Numbered from the stretch's first letter, positions 1 to 8,348 are shown. The stretch: DNA of 34,824 nucleotides from an uncultured Coriobacteriaceae bacterium (GCA_902796975.1 CADBRF010000300.1:1-34824), one strand, 5' to 3'. Translations and numbers: made by a program. Notes: generated from the letters alone by a model not told the origin.

Positions 1-309
1 AGGGGACACTCCTGGTTGGTGCCGGGATCATGGAGCCAACTCTCTTCCCCGGCTCTTGATAAAACGGTCAGTCATGCGAGAGTTATCTCGCATGGAATGG
101 AATAGTACCGTCCCCATGTCAATGCCACAAGGTGTGCTTTGCCCGATGTACCAAACTGTTACGCCACAGGCAAGAGCAGCAATTTAAGCGCACGGTTTAT
201 CAAAAACCTCGCATAAAGCACACCCAGTAGAGGGCCACGCTATCGAACGCTCTGCACAAAGCGAGGATGCATTCCAGCAGCTAGCAAGCGCGTCCACTAA
301 TGAGACGCG

Positions 310-1380
310 TTATTCCTCCCCCGGCCAAAACCGACCAAGGTGTTCATAGGCCTTGCGTGTTGCCTGACGGCCCTTGGGGGTGCGGATAATAAGGCCTTGC
401 TTGAGAAGAAAGGGTTCGTAGACATCTTCGATAGTGTCGGTCTCGTCGCCCAAAGCACTTGAAAGGGTGGAAAGGCCGACTGGCTTGCCCTCAAAGGTAT
501 CTACAAGCATGGCGAGAATGGTGTTGTCCATGGTGTCGAGCCCGAGCTCATCCACCTCGAAGAAGGCAAGCGCTTCTCTCGCGACATCCCGCGTGATAGT
601 ACCGTCGTATTTGACCTGGGCGTAATCGCGCACGCGTTTGAGCAGACGGTTTGCAAGGCGCGGCGTAGCTCTGCTCCTCTTGGCGATTTCGGTTGCTCCA
701 CCCTCATCTACTGGAACGCCTAAGATATGTGCTGAACGCACGACAATATCGCGGAGTTCATCTACCGCGTAGTAATCCAAGTGGAAGGCAGCGCCAAAGC
801 GGTCGCGCAGAGGGCCAGTAAGAAGACCAGAACGCGTGGTTGCCGCGATGAGCGTGAAGTGCGGAATGTCCAGCCTGATGGAACGCGCCGCAGGGCCTTG
901 CCCAATGACGATATCGAGGGCGTAGTCCTCCATTGCAGGGTAGAGAATCTCCTCCACCGCACGGTTGAGCCGGTGTATTTCGTCGATGAAGAGAACATCG
1001 CCCTCTTCGAGATTGGTGAGGATAGCAGCGAGATCCCCCGCACGCTCAATGGCAGGACCTGAGGTGGTATGGATCTTCACGCCCATCTCATTGGCGACAA
1101 CTGTTGCAAGTGTGGTCTTGCCAAGGCCCGGGGGCCCGGAAAAAAGCAAGTGGTCAAGCGGCTCTCCGCGGAGCTTTGCCGCCTGTATAAGTACTGAGAG
1201 GTTCTCTTTGATGCGAGTCTGACCCAAGTACTCGTCGAGCATCTTTGGGCGAAGGGAGAACTCATCACTCGCATCTTCGCCCTTCTCATGCGCATCGACC
1301 AGACGGTTGCCCTGGTTGGAAGAAGGCACCCCGTTTGCAAAAGTGTTCGAAGGCTCGAAACCGGGGGCTTCCCACACCAT
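310..1380 (-). CDS. ruvB: Holliday junction branch-migration ATPase RuvB
   Basis: 356-aa ORF with Walker [12 protein letters not shown], Walker [10 protein letters not shown] and the RuvB-type C-terminal winged-helix region. Its ATG overlaps the ruvA stop (TAATG), so the two are translationally coupled. Confidence 0.95.
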   Translation of the reverse strand: MVWEAPGFEPSNTFANGVPSSNQGNRLVDAHEKGEDASDEFSLRPKMLDEYLGQTRIKENLSVLIQAAKLRGEPLDHLLFSGPPGLGKTTLATVVANEMGVKIHTTSGPAIERAGDLAAILTNLEEGDVLFIDEIHRLNRAVEEILYPAMEDYALDIVIGQGPAARSIRLDIPHFTLIAATTRSGLLTGPLRDRFGAAFHLDYYAVDELRDIVVRSAHILGVPVDEGGATEIAKRSRATPRLANRLLKRVRDYAQVKYDGTITRDVAREALAFFEVDELGLDTMDNTILAMLVDTFEGKPVGLSTLSSALGDETDTIEDVYEPFLLKQGLIIRTPKGRQATRKAYEHLGRFWPGEE

Positions 1381-1967
1381 TATTTGCCTCCCATATGCTT
1401 GAGCGCATAACGCACAACCGTCGAAACGTCGGCATCGCCAGCTGCATAGCCTTTGAGCGCTGCCGTAATTTCATCCGGCGTAAATCCCATGCCCTGCAAG
1501 GCTTCGGAAGCGTCTGCAAGCGCACCTGACGACGCCCCAGCCGCAGTACTGAAAAGAGTCGCCTCCTGCTTAAGAATGCCTTGGAGTTCGAGCACTACAC
1601 GTTGGGCGGTTTTCTTGCCGATGCCTGGAACTGTAGAAATTCTCGCAACATCTCCATCGGCTATAGCCTGGGCGAGATCCGACGCGTGCATAGTGGAGAG
1701 GGCAGCCAAAGCGATTTTTGGCCCGATGCTGCTGACCGTGATGAGGCGAAGGAACATCTCCTTCTCGGCGCTGTCTGCAAAACCAAAGAGCGCCACACCA
1801 TCGTCCTTGACCTGCATATAGGTGTAGACCTGAGCTTCAGAACCAACTGGAGGAAGCCCAGCGAGAGCAGACGTGGACATGGAAAGCTCGTAGCCGACTC
1901 CCCCAACGTCGATGATGGCTCCATAGGCATTCTTTGCCGCAACGAGGCCCTTGAGATATGCGATCAC
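1380..1967 (-). CDS. ruvA: Holliday junction DNA-binding protein RuvA
   Basis: 195 aa with the typical RuvA N-terminus MIAYLKG, the helix-hairpin-helix segment [16 protein letters not shown] and a short C-terminal domain III. It sits between ruvC and ruvB and overlaps ruvC by 4 nt. Confidence 0.93.
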   Translation of the reverse strand: MIAYLKGLVAAKNAYGAIIDVGGVGYELSMSTSALAGLPPVGSEAQVYTYMQVKDDGVALFGFADSAEKEMFLRLITVSSIGPKIALAALSTMHASDLAQAIADGDVARISTVPGIGKKTAQRVVLELQGILKQEATLFSTAAGASSGALADASEALQGMGFTPDEITAALKGYAAGDADVSTVVRYALKHMGGK

Positions 1968-2572
1968 CGTACGCCCTCCTTTGCCAATGCTGCCTCAACG
2001 CAACGTTCGAACCCAGTCTTGCCCTCATTGCACCCGTTCTTGAGTTGCTGCAGCTTAGACATACCCTTTCCTTGTAACTCGCGGATCCCCACAAGACGCG
2101 CGTGGGTAATGGCGGCGGCAAGCGCATCTGCGCAATGGTCTGGCGACGGTTCATGATCGAGCCCGAGAACGACTTTGACCATGTACTGCACTTGGTGCTT
2201 ATCTGCAGCGCCCGTGCCCACCAGCGCCTGCTTGATTTGCATGGGCGTATATTCGCCGTATTGGAGACCTTTATAGGCGCAAGCAACGAGGGCAGCCCCT
2301 CGAGCTTGTGCTGTGGCGATAGCGGATTTTGTGTTGGCACCAAAGTAGATGCCCTCAACGGAGAGCGCTACCGGCTGATACCGATCGATGTATTCACACA
2401 GGTTATCGTGGATGATGGCAAGCCTTCCAGGCAGCTCAACATCTGTTGTGGTGGTAATGCAGCCATAGGCAACGGGCAGCAGGTGCGTGCCCTCGAGCTT
2501 GACTACACCCCAACCCGTATGCGCAAGGCCGGGGTCTATGCCCATGATTATCATCGATTTTTTTGGAGCCAC
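1964..2572 (-). CDS. ruvC: Crossover junction endodeoxyribonuclease RuvC
   Basis: 202 aa with the RNase-H-fold N-terminus IMGIDPGLAHTGWGVV. The start is GTG at 2572, 4 nt downstream of GGAGG. It is the first gene of the ruvCAB unit. Confidence 0.92.
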   Translation of the reverse strand: MAPKKSMIIMGIDPGLAHTGWGVVKLEGTHLLPVAYGCITTTTDVELPGRLAIIHDNLCEYIDRYQPVALSVEGIYFGANTKSAIATAQARGAALVACAYKGLQYGEYTPMQIKQALVGTGAADKHQVQYMVKVVLGLDHEPSPDHCADALAAAITHARLVGIRELQGKGMSKLQQLKNGCNEGKTGFERCVEAALAKEGVR

Positions 2573-2611
2573 AGAGCCTCCGCTCAGTACGTTTCAACTT
2601 CGTTCCAGGCT

Positions 2612-2639
2612 AGTATACCAAACAAATGTTCGTATTCAA
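2612..2639 (-). promoter_or_regulatory. Putative ruvCAB promoter TTGAAT-N16-TATACT with a LexA (Cheo/SOS)-type box CGAACATTTGTTTG in the spacer
   Basis: The minus strand reads TTGAATACGAACATTTGTTTGGTATACT. The -10 lies about 35-40 nt upstream of the GTG start. The GAAC-N4-GTTT core occupies 2619..2632. Confidence 0.55.
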
Positions 2640-2680
2640 GCTTGCAGCGGAAACAGGCAGCAACAGAGGTCTATTGGCGG

Positions 2681-3346
2681 CTATAGGCGCTTGAGCAGCG
2701 CGCGGAATTCTTTTTCGTCATCTGCTTTGACCGCAGTGACGATGTTCTCGCCGGGAAGAAGGACCAGATCATCGGTTGCCATGAGAATGTCCTCATCGCG
2801 GAGTACACCAATAATTTTCACACCAGACAAAGGTGGAAGATCCCCAACGCGGATGCCTTCAGAATGATGCATATCCTCCGGAAGCTGCATGGTAATCATT
2901 GCGATGTCGCCTTCCCGGAGCGCAAAGACGGCGCGCAGATCACCGATCGCGGCTTCTTCGTCCACCATGCGAGCAATGAGCCTCGTGGGGGAAACGGCCT
3001 CGATATCCATCGCCTCGAAGATGTCTTCGTTCTTAGGGCTGTTCACAGTTGCAATACAGCGCGGTACGTCGAAATTGACCATAGCCATTTCGCAAGCCAC
3101 GAGATTGGTGTCATCGTGGCCCATGAGCGCGATGAAGAGGTCTGCCTCGTCCACACCGGCATCGCGTTGAACCGAGGGGTCAGTGCCATCGCCTTCCACG
3201 ATCATGACCTGCGGTGGAAGGACCTCGGAAAGACGGTCGATAGTATCTGAATCCTCTTCGATAACGGTAAAGTGGTGACCCTCTTTGAGCATCATGGAGA
3301 TGAGATATTCCGCCGTGCTGCTCCCGCCGCTGATAACGATATGCAT
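2681..3346 (-). CDS. TrkA/RCK-family potassium transport regulatory protein (TrkA-N plus TrkA-C), degenerate nucleotide-binding loop
   Basis: Chosen start is MHIVISGGSSTAEY at 3346, preceded by GAGGAG and lying 2 nt after the upstream stop. It has a Rossmann-like N-domain and a C-terminal RCK-C-like segment (GDLPPLSGVKIIGVLRDEDILMAT). The ORF-track N-extension to 3400 overlaps the upstream gene and is discounted. Confidence 0.85.
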   Translation of the reverse strand: MHIVISGGSSTAEYLISMMLKEGHHFTVIEEDSDTIDRLSEVLPPQVMIVEGDGTDPSVQRDAGVDEADLFIALMGHDDTNLVACEMAMVNFDVPRCIATVNSPKNEDIFEAMDIEAVSPTRLIARMVDEEAAIGDLRAVFALREGDIAMITMQLPEDMHHSEGIRVGDLPPLSGVKIIGVLRDEDILMATDDLVLLPGENIVTAVKADDEKEFRALLKRL

Positions 3347-3348
3347 CT

Positions 3349-3993
3349 CTAGCTCCTCATGTAGTGAGAGAATTCGCCGAAATCGCCCTTTGAGACGCAC
3401 ACGATCGCAACATCTCCATCATGCAGGACGCTGTTCTTATCGGGGAGGAAGGTCTGGTCGTTATGTTCGTAGACCATAACGCGGGCGTTGAACTCCGAGG
3501 CGATGTCCGCGCAACGAATGGCCTGGCCCTCGCCCAAATTAAGCGCGAACCGCACAAGCTCGTAGTCGCCGAAGGTGTCGATATGATGCCCATGGCCGGA
3601 GAGAATCTTCGCGAAAATCTCTTCCGCGACAAGCGTAGTACCGCAGGCGAAATCGACACCCACTTTCATATAGGCGTTCTCTCTTTTGGGGGAGAACAGA
3701 CGCGTGATGACGTGCTCAACGCCATATATGCGCCGGGCTACTTCAACCATCATGAGATTGAGATTGTCGTTGCTGGTAACCGCAGCAAGCACGTCGCATT
3801 CCTCAATGCCCGCCTCTTCCAGCACATCTTCGTCCCTGCCGTCACCTCTCACAGTACGGCCATTGAAATCCGGGTCGAGCTCCTCGAAGGACTTCGGTCT
3901 GCGATCGATGATACAAACATTCTCGCCCGCATCCGAGAGCAGCGTCGCAAGGTGGCTTCCCACTCTCCCGCAGCCGATGATAATGACGTTCAT
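3349..3993 (-). CDS. TrkA/RCK-family potassium transport regulatory protein (TrkA-N plus TrkA-C)
   Basis: Chosen start is MNVIIIGCGRVGSHLA at 3993 (GxGxxG Rossmann motif), preceded by AAAGGAAA. It is paired with the downstream paralog, as in actinobacterial ceoB/ceoC-type pairs. Confidence 0.87.
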   Translation of the reverse strand: MNVIIIGCGRVGSHLATLLSDAGENVCIIDRRPKSFEELDPDFNGRTVRGDGRDEDVLEEAGIEECDVLAAVTSNDNLNLMMVEVARRIYGVEHVITRLFSPKRENAYMKVGVDFACGTTLVAEEIFAKILSGHGHHIDTFGDYELVRFALNLGEGQAIRCADIASEFNARVMVYEHNDQTFLPDKNSVLHDGDVAIVCVSKGDFGEFSHYMRS

Positions 3994-4159
3994 GCGTTTC
4001 CTTTCGATGATGGCCACGCGTTGACCCGTAATCATACTCCTGTTATGAGATAAACCCAAAACGCAGCAGTTCAACGCTCTGTGAACACCGTGCGCAGGGC
4101 AATCGCCTCCACTCGAGATGGCCTGGACGTGGGGCTGCCGGTCAAGCCGTCATTGATGA

Positions 4160-4173
4160 GGTGTTGCAACACC
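4160..4173. repeat. Perfect 14-bp palindrome GGTGTTGCAACACC in the leader/promoter region of the trk pair
   Basis: Read directly from the sequence. It lies between the DUF5679 terminator and the first trkA-like start. Confidence 0.3.
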
Positions 4174-4190
4174 CCGTATCTTTTCGCATC

Positions 4191-4227
4191 AAGAAAAACG
4201 CGCCCTTCTTGAAAAGAAAGGCGCGTT
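4191..4227 (-). terminator. Rho-independent terminator downstream of the DUF5679 gene
   Basis: GC-rich stem AACGCGCC ... GGCGCGTT (4197-4204 with 4220-4227). On the minus strand it is followed by TTTTTCTT. Confidence 0.65.
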
Positions 4228-4256
4228 CACAACGCAATAGAGAAAAAACTGAAAGG

Positions 4257-4400
4257 TTACTTGGAGCTGATGAACTTGTTCATCTTGGTGCCGCACTCGG
4301 GGCAAGTGCCCTTGACCATCTTGCGACCATTCTTGGTCATGGCCTCGACTGGGTCTTTAATCTCGCGGGTGGCCTTGCACTTCATGCAGTAGCCTTTCAT
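4257..4400 (-). CDS. Small zinc-ribbon protein, DUF5679-like (47 aa, below the ORF-track cutoff)
   Basis: Hand translation gives MKGYCMKCKATREIKDPVEAMTKNGRKMVKGTCPECGTKMNKFISSK. It has CxxC ... CxxC pairs, a GGAGG placed 5 nt before the ATG, and a terminator directly downstream. Confidence 0.8.
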   Translation of the reverse strand: MKGYCMKCKATREIKDPVEAMTKNGRKMVKGTCPECGTKMNKFISSK

Positions 4401-4649
4401 GTTTACCTCCACAGAACGATAGAACTATTTTCTTACATATGTATGTCCATGAGCATAAGTTACTGTTCGGACGGCTATGCAGTATACAGATTGCGGAAGT
4501 AAAAAACAGGGGATTCTGAGATACCCAGTTGAAATAGCGATAAAATCGCCATTGACCTGCATTTATAGGACGTTCATAGCCACTTTTGCCAATTACCGGC
4601 ACGTTGTCGGCAAGCTCCAAGAATTATTTAATTTTCGCAGTTGAATACT

Positions 4650-5072
4650 TCATTTTTCTATATGCCCACCATTCGGAGGGTTTTGACCCACCACACACAC
4701 CTCCCCTTCCTCAAGCCACTTCTGAGACTTCCCAGCCGCGACTCGTTCGAGAACCAGTTCTGCATGAGGACATGAGAGCAGACGCCGAGGCGCGAGCCCC
4801 CTGACTGAACGCAAAACTTTGCCCCGATTATCAAGAAAAGCAACATCGAGCGGGACGCGCATGCCAAAGGTATGGATGCTCGAGCACGGGACAAGAACGA
4901 GCACACGGTTACCAAGCCTCTCCGACCGCCTCCCCAACAAGCCAAGAAGGCGGGCGCGCGTTGATGCCGCAACGAGAATCTGCATTCCCAGGGGAGACGC
5001 TTCTCCATTTGTATGCTCCTTTTGCCCTCCTGTCATAACACGCGGAGCTTCGTCAGATGATTTTTCAATCAT
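4650..5072 (-). CDS. DUF192 domain protein, last cistron of the Tad operon
   Basis: The core ARLLGLLGRR...VLVLVPCSSIHTFGMRVPLDVAFLDNRGKVLRSV matches the DUF192 (COG1430) pattern. Start chosen at MIEKSS (5072), just after the upstream stop at 5078. The longer ORF to 5210 would overlap the upstream gene. Confidence 0.72.
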   Translation of the reverse strand: MIEKSSDEAPRVMTGGQKEHTNGEASPLGMQILVAASTRARLLGLLGRRSERLGNRVLVLVPCSSIHTFGMRVPLDVAFLDNRGKVLRSVRGLAPRRLLSCPHAELVLERVAAGKSQKWLEEGEVCVVGQNPPNGGHIEK

Positions 5073-5077
5073 TTCTA

Positions 5078-5563
5078 CTACAGCTCCCCTGTCGTATAGG
5101 GACTGATAACCAGTGAGTTGGTATGGGAAAGCAGCGTTGGGATTTGGAGGCCGAAAACCGAGGCCCCTGACGATGGCGTAAAAGGCCACGGGGTCATCGA
5201 GAGCCTGCACCGATATTCCACCTGGCGCACGCCCATAAACTCCGAAACCTCCGAAGTCTCCACGGATACCACCTCACTCTTACCGTTGAATTCGTCCGCC
5301 AGAGCGCTTTGAACTGCTGCGGCACGCGCACCATCCGCATTCTCGTCTGAAGTTGGAGAAGTGGCATGCGCGAGGACCTGCTGGCTTGCAATGTGGTCAA
5401 AACGGGCGCACTCCCCCGCGAAGACCAGGCAATCCGCAGCTATGACCATAACAATGATGAGCACGGGAAGAACAACGACGAGCTCAACTGCCATTTGCCC
5501 ACTGCAATCGCGCATTCCTGCGCCCCATTTGTTTGACGCTGGAAATCCAGCCAATCTGTTCAT
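5078..5563 (-). CDS. TadE/TadF-like pseudopilin
   Basis: The N-terminus has a Flp-type class III signal, SGQMAVELVVVLPVLIIVMVIAA, followed by a soluble domain. There is a 1-nt gap to the upstream gene. Confidence 0.72.
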   Translation of the reverse strand: MNRLAGFPASNKWGAGMRDCSGQMAVELVVVLPVLIIVMVIAADCLVFAGECARFDHIASQQVLAHATSPTSDENADGARAAAVQSALADEFNGKSEVVSVETSEVSEFMGVRQVEYRCRLSMTPWPFTPSSGASVFGLQIPTLLSHTNSLVISPYTTGEL

Positions 5564-5564
5564 G

Positions 5565-7655
5565 CTAGCCCCCTAGCTTAGTGAACTGCACAACAGCCTC
5601 AGAAAGCTGTTTCTGTAAATCCGGCGAGAGCTTGATGGTGACCTTCACATCCTCAAGGCCAAAGCCGTATTGTTTGAGCGGAATCGTCGCCACTACGAGC
5701 TCTCCTCCCGAGAGAAAATCCCCGACTTCCGAAGGCAAACTGAGTTCGTCAGCCATTACCTTGAGGTCTCCTACCTCTGCAGCACTCTCCGCTTGAGCCA
5801 AGTGCTTCATCTTCAGCAGGTTCTTGGCGGCATCGGAGCCATCGCGTTCAAGAATGTGGGAGGTATTCACAAGCACCGGTCGATACGTCTGCAGTTTGGC
5901 AGGTTTGAGCCCTGTGGATTTGATTGCATCCTCGAAACTCTTGCTCGCTTTCTCAGAAAGGTCATTCCCAACAAGAGGGATTGCCTTTAGGGTCGTGTGA
6001 AAGAAATCGGATGCGTCACTGACCCCGTTGGCATAAGCCTGCAGAGCGGAACCCCATCCTCCAATTATTGTCTTGGAGAGCCCGCCGCCAAGGGACTCCG
6101 GGGGTATGAAGCCCTGTCCAATCTCGGTAATGACGTTTCCCTGATCGCCAGCAGGATCTGCTGCAAGCGTCGCTCCGGAGATGGCAACGCGAGCAGGGAG
6201 CGAATCCTGCGACTGTACAAAAGGCAGTGGCTGCAAACTTTCCGAGCCCGCGATGACGACACTTACACAGCCATACCTTCCCGGCGGCTGAGGGTCATAC
6301 CGCTTGGAGCAGCTCTCGAGACCTTTCTTGAGCGCACCGACAATTTCCTCGCGGTCCTTCTCCAGTTCCTCTCTGAGCTGTTCCTCCCGCTCTGCGGCTT
6401 CTTCATAGGCGTCGCCTGCTTCGACAAAGGCGCGATAATAGTACTCGAATCCGTTGTCAATGGAGGTTGAAGCGGCGGGCACGCGCCCGAGCGTGCGTAC
6501 GGAAAACTCGCATTCTGGGCAAAGGGCAATCCATCCAGATTCGGCGTCGCTACAGGAGCCATAACCAGCGGCAGATCCTTCTTGATAGCCTGGACATCCT
6601 TCCCAAGCATGCAACCTGAGCTCACCATCGTTGACACTCACTGGATACGCTTGCTCGGTGTAGAGATAGGTTTCTCGAATACCATCTGTGTTGCGAGCAA
6701 GTTTTTCCAGATGCGGAACAGTCTTACCCGTAGACGAAGTGGTTACGAATCCTTCGGCAACGGTATCCCATGCATATCCATAGAATTTTTCGCGCGCGAT
6801 AGACTCAGCAACCTCATCGGGATACCCATCGTAACCGGCTCCGTCTTCTTGATAGTAGCGCTCACGGTAATAGACTTTCGCCCGTTCAAGTCCCACAGAG
6901 AAATCCCAGGTCTCAGGAGATGAGTACGCTGGGTTATCCGAACCCGATAGCCCAGCTAGATGGCCGGCCCGCTCGCGCATCGACATTCCACCCGGGCCGC
7001 AGTCCGCCTGCCAGCCAGCAAGTTGTGCCTCTTCGCATTGACGTTCCGCCTCCTGGAGCTCCTCGCTTTTCTCCGCGATTTCATCTTCGAGCGCAGCAAT
7101 TGCCTCAACTGAATTGCCGAGCTCCTCCCCGCTCGCAAGTTTGACCTCCTTCCCTTCGAGCGGTAGCGGAATAGCGATGCCGGCATATTCGAGACCAGAC
7201 GTTTGCGCGTTTGCCTTAACACACGATGCCGCACGAACAGCGCAGATGGCGGGCAGGGCCTTCTGGGCAGCATTCAGACCTTTCTCAGCGGAAGCGGCGA
7301 AATCGTTGCGGAGCCCGAGCAGGCGCGATCCGGCATCGGCAAGCTTTGCAGAAACACCCTGCGCACCGGGTATGAAAGCCGCTACAGCGGAAACGGCATA
7401 GGTGGTGAGAGTGAGCAATGAGAACGAGAGCAGCATGGCGTCGACCACCTGCCCTGTAGTGACATAGACAGCAACCGCGTTGTCGGCACTGAGCGCTGCT
7501 GCGTCGGCGACGTATTGAACCTGCCCAGCGCGTGACTGAACCTGAAATGCCCGTACCGACATAAAGAGCAGCGCGCACACGAGCAGTATCGCCACAGCAC
7601 TGCCCACCGTGGTGAATCCGTCTTCACCCTTGATAAAAAGATCGCGCATCGTCAT
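5565..7655 (-). CDS. Large membrane-anchored Tad-locus protein of unrecognised family (TadG-like hydrophobic N-terminus?)
   Basis: Long uninterrupted ORF. The ATG at 7655 forms an ATGA overlap with the stop of the preceding tadE-like gene; the ORF-track start at 7706 is the alternative. Features: hydrophobic N-terminal segments (FTTVGSAVAILLVCALLF, MLLSFSLLTLTTYAVSAVAAFI), two acidic coiled-coil-like stretches, and a C-x13-C-x10-C-x2-C cluster. Confidence 0.75.
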   Translation of the reverse strand: MTMRDLFIKGEDGFTTVGSAVAILLVCALLFMSVRAFQVQSRAGQVQYVADAAALSADNAVAVYVTTGQVVDAMLLSFSLLTLTTYAVSAVAAFIPGAQGVSAKLADAGSRLLGLRNDFAASAEKGLNAAQKALPAICAVRAASCVKANAQTSGLEYAGIAIPLPLEGKEVKLASGEELGNSVEAIAALEDEIAEKSEELQEAERQCEEAQLAGWQADCGPGGMSMRERAGHLAGLSGSDNPAYSSPETWDFSVGLERAKVYYRERYYQEDGAGYDGYPDEVAESIAREKFYGYAWDTVAEGFVTTSSTGKTVPHLEKLARNTDGIRETYLYTEQAYPVSVNDGELRLHAWEGCPGYQEGSAAGYGSCSDAESGWIALCPECEFSVRTLGRVPAASTSIDNGFEYYYRAFVEAGDAYEEAAEREEQLREELEKDREEIVGALKKGLESCSKRYDPQPPGRYGCVSVVIAGSESLQPLPFVQSQDSLPARVAISGATLAADPAGDQGNVITEIGQGFIPPESLGGGLSKTIIGGWGSALQAYANGVSDASDFFHTTLKAIPLVGNDLSEKASKSFEDAIKSTGLKPAKLQTYRPVLVNTSHILERDGSDAAKNLLKMKHLAQAESAAEVGDLKVMADELSLPSEVGDFLSGGELVVATIPLKQYGFGLEDVKVTIKLSPDLQKQLSEAVVQFTKLGG

Positions 7656-8143
7656 TTCCATGCCCCAATCAAAGAGCCGGGCGATTTGCCCGCCGCGCTC
7701 GCCCAAGCGGGCGCGAGCGTCCCTTTTGCAGTCACGCTTTGGACAACATTTCCATCGCCATCGATCTCTTGCCCAAGACCCACTACTACTCCCAGCAGGG
7801 GCAAGGGGTGCACGTGGTGGCTAAGCATGACTTCGACTTCCCCAGATAACTCGCCGCCGGAAAACGTGCATTCCCACCCGTCATCTCCATCGATATGGAA
7901 GACATCAGCCTGGGGAATCGCATAGAGACGCCTCAGCGCATAGGTACGCACGGCAGAGTCGTCGCTGGCGCATGTCTCGACGAGACGGCATGTCTCTGCT
8001 GCCGCCGATTGCATGACCATGCGGTCATAGAGCAGGATCGCAGGTTGAGCCATTAGCCCTAAGACGACGAGAAACACCGGGAGCATCACCGCAGCCTCAA
8101 CCGTTGATTGCCCCTCTTGGTTAGAAAAGAAGTGCATCGACAA
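7652..8143 (-). CDS. tadE: TadE-like pseudopilin
   Basis: The N-terminus QEGQSTVEAAVMLPVFLVVLGLMAQPAILLYDRM is a typical TadE N-terminal domain. It overlaps the upstream flp-like gene. Confidence 0.8.
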   Translation of the reverse strand: MSMHFFSNQEGQSTVEAAVMLPVFLVVLGLMAQPAILLYDRMVMQSAAAETCRLVETCASDDSAVRTYALRRLYAIPQADVFHIDGDDGWECTFSGGELSGEVEVMLSHHVHPLPLLGVVVGLGQEIDGDGNVVQSVTAKGTLAPAWASAAGKSPGSLIGAWK

Positions 8144-8348
8144 GACCTTTACCGATTATGGAGTGAGAGATTCTCGAGAAAACAAATGAATCAAGGCCAC
8201 CATTTGCAACAAATCGCCAGAGAGCACCCATGCCAACTATGATGAAAATGAGCACGGCGCCCACAAGGAGATACTCGACCGTAGCTTGCCCAACCTGCGA
8301 GCATGCCACTCGGCGAATCCGGCCTCCGAATGCATGCATTTCGTTCAT
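8121..8348 (-). CDS. Flp-like pilin / class III signal-peptide protein (second copy)
   Basis: 75 aa containing VGQATVEYLLVGAVLIFIIVG (G-x4-EY Flp motif plus a hydrophobic helix). It has an ATGA overlap with the flp stop. Confidence 0.7.
   Translation of the reverse strand: MNEMHAFGGRIRRVACSQVGQATVEYLLVGAVLIFIIVGMGALWRFVANGGLDSFVFSRISHSIIGKGLVDALLF

Noticed and set aside
1-309. Non-coding-looking region downstream of ruvB, with a perfect 9-bp-stem hairpin CATGCGAGA-GTTA-TCTCGCATG (73..94) and a possible plus-strand gene end (...GTLLVGAGIMEPTLFPGS* ending near 57)
   Set aside because: Too little sequence to call a CDS from 19 codons. The hairpin lacks a convincing T-tract on either strand. 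I could not match the region to tRNA, tmRNA, SRP, RNase P or 6S features. It is left unannotated.
3994-4190. Possible c-di-AMP (ydaO/kimA-type) riboswitch in the long leader of the trkA-like operon
   Set aside because: I read the minus-strand leader by eye against the ydaO motif as I remember it (ACGGGGA...CCCA, GGUGAAUCC, CCGNCAGCUAACCUCGUAAGC). Only an isolated ACGGGG is present, and the pseudo-symmetric conserved cores are missing. A covariance-model scan would be needed to exclude it fully.
4414-4425. GAACGATAGAAC (GTTCTATCGTTC on the minus strand) in the DUF5679 5' leader, considered as a LexA box
   Set aside because: It is a direct repeat of GAAC/GTTC, not the inverted GAAC-N4-GTTC arrangement, so it does not fit a LexA dimer site.
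4161-4502. 113-aa plus-strand ORF from the track
   Set aside because: It covers the DUF5679 terminator, the DUF5679 gene in antisense, and AT-rich spacer. It has no RBS, and the opposite strand holds a much better supported small gene.
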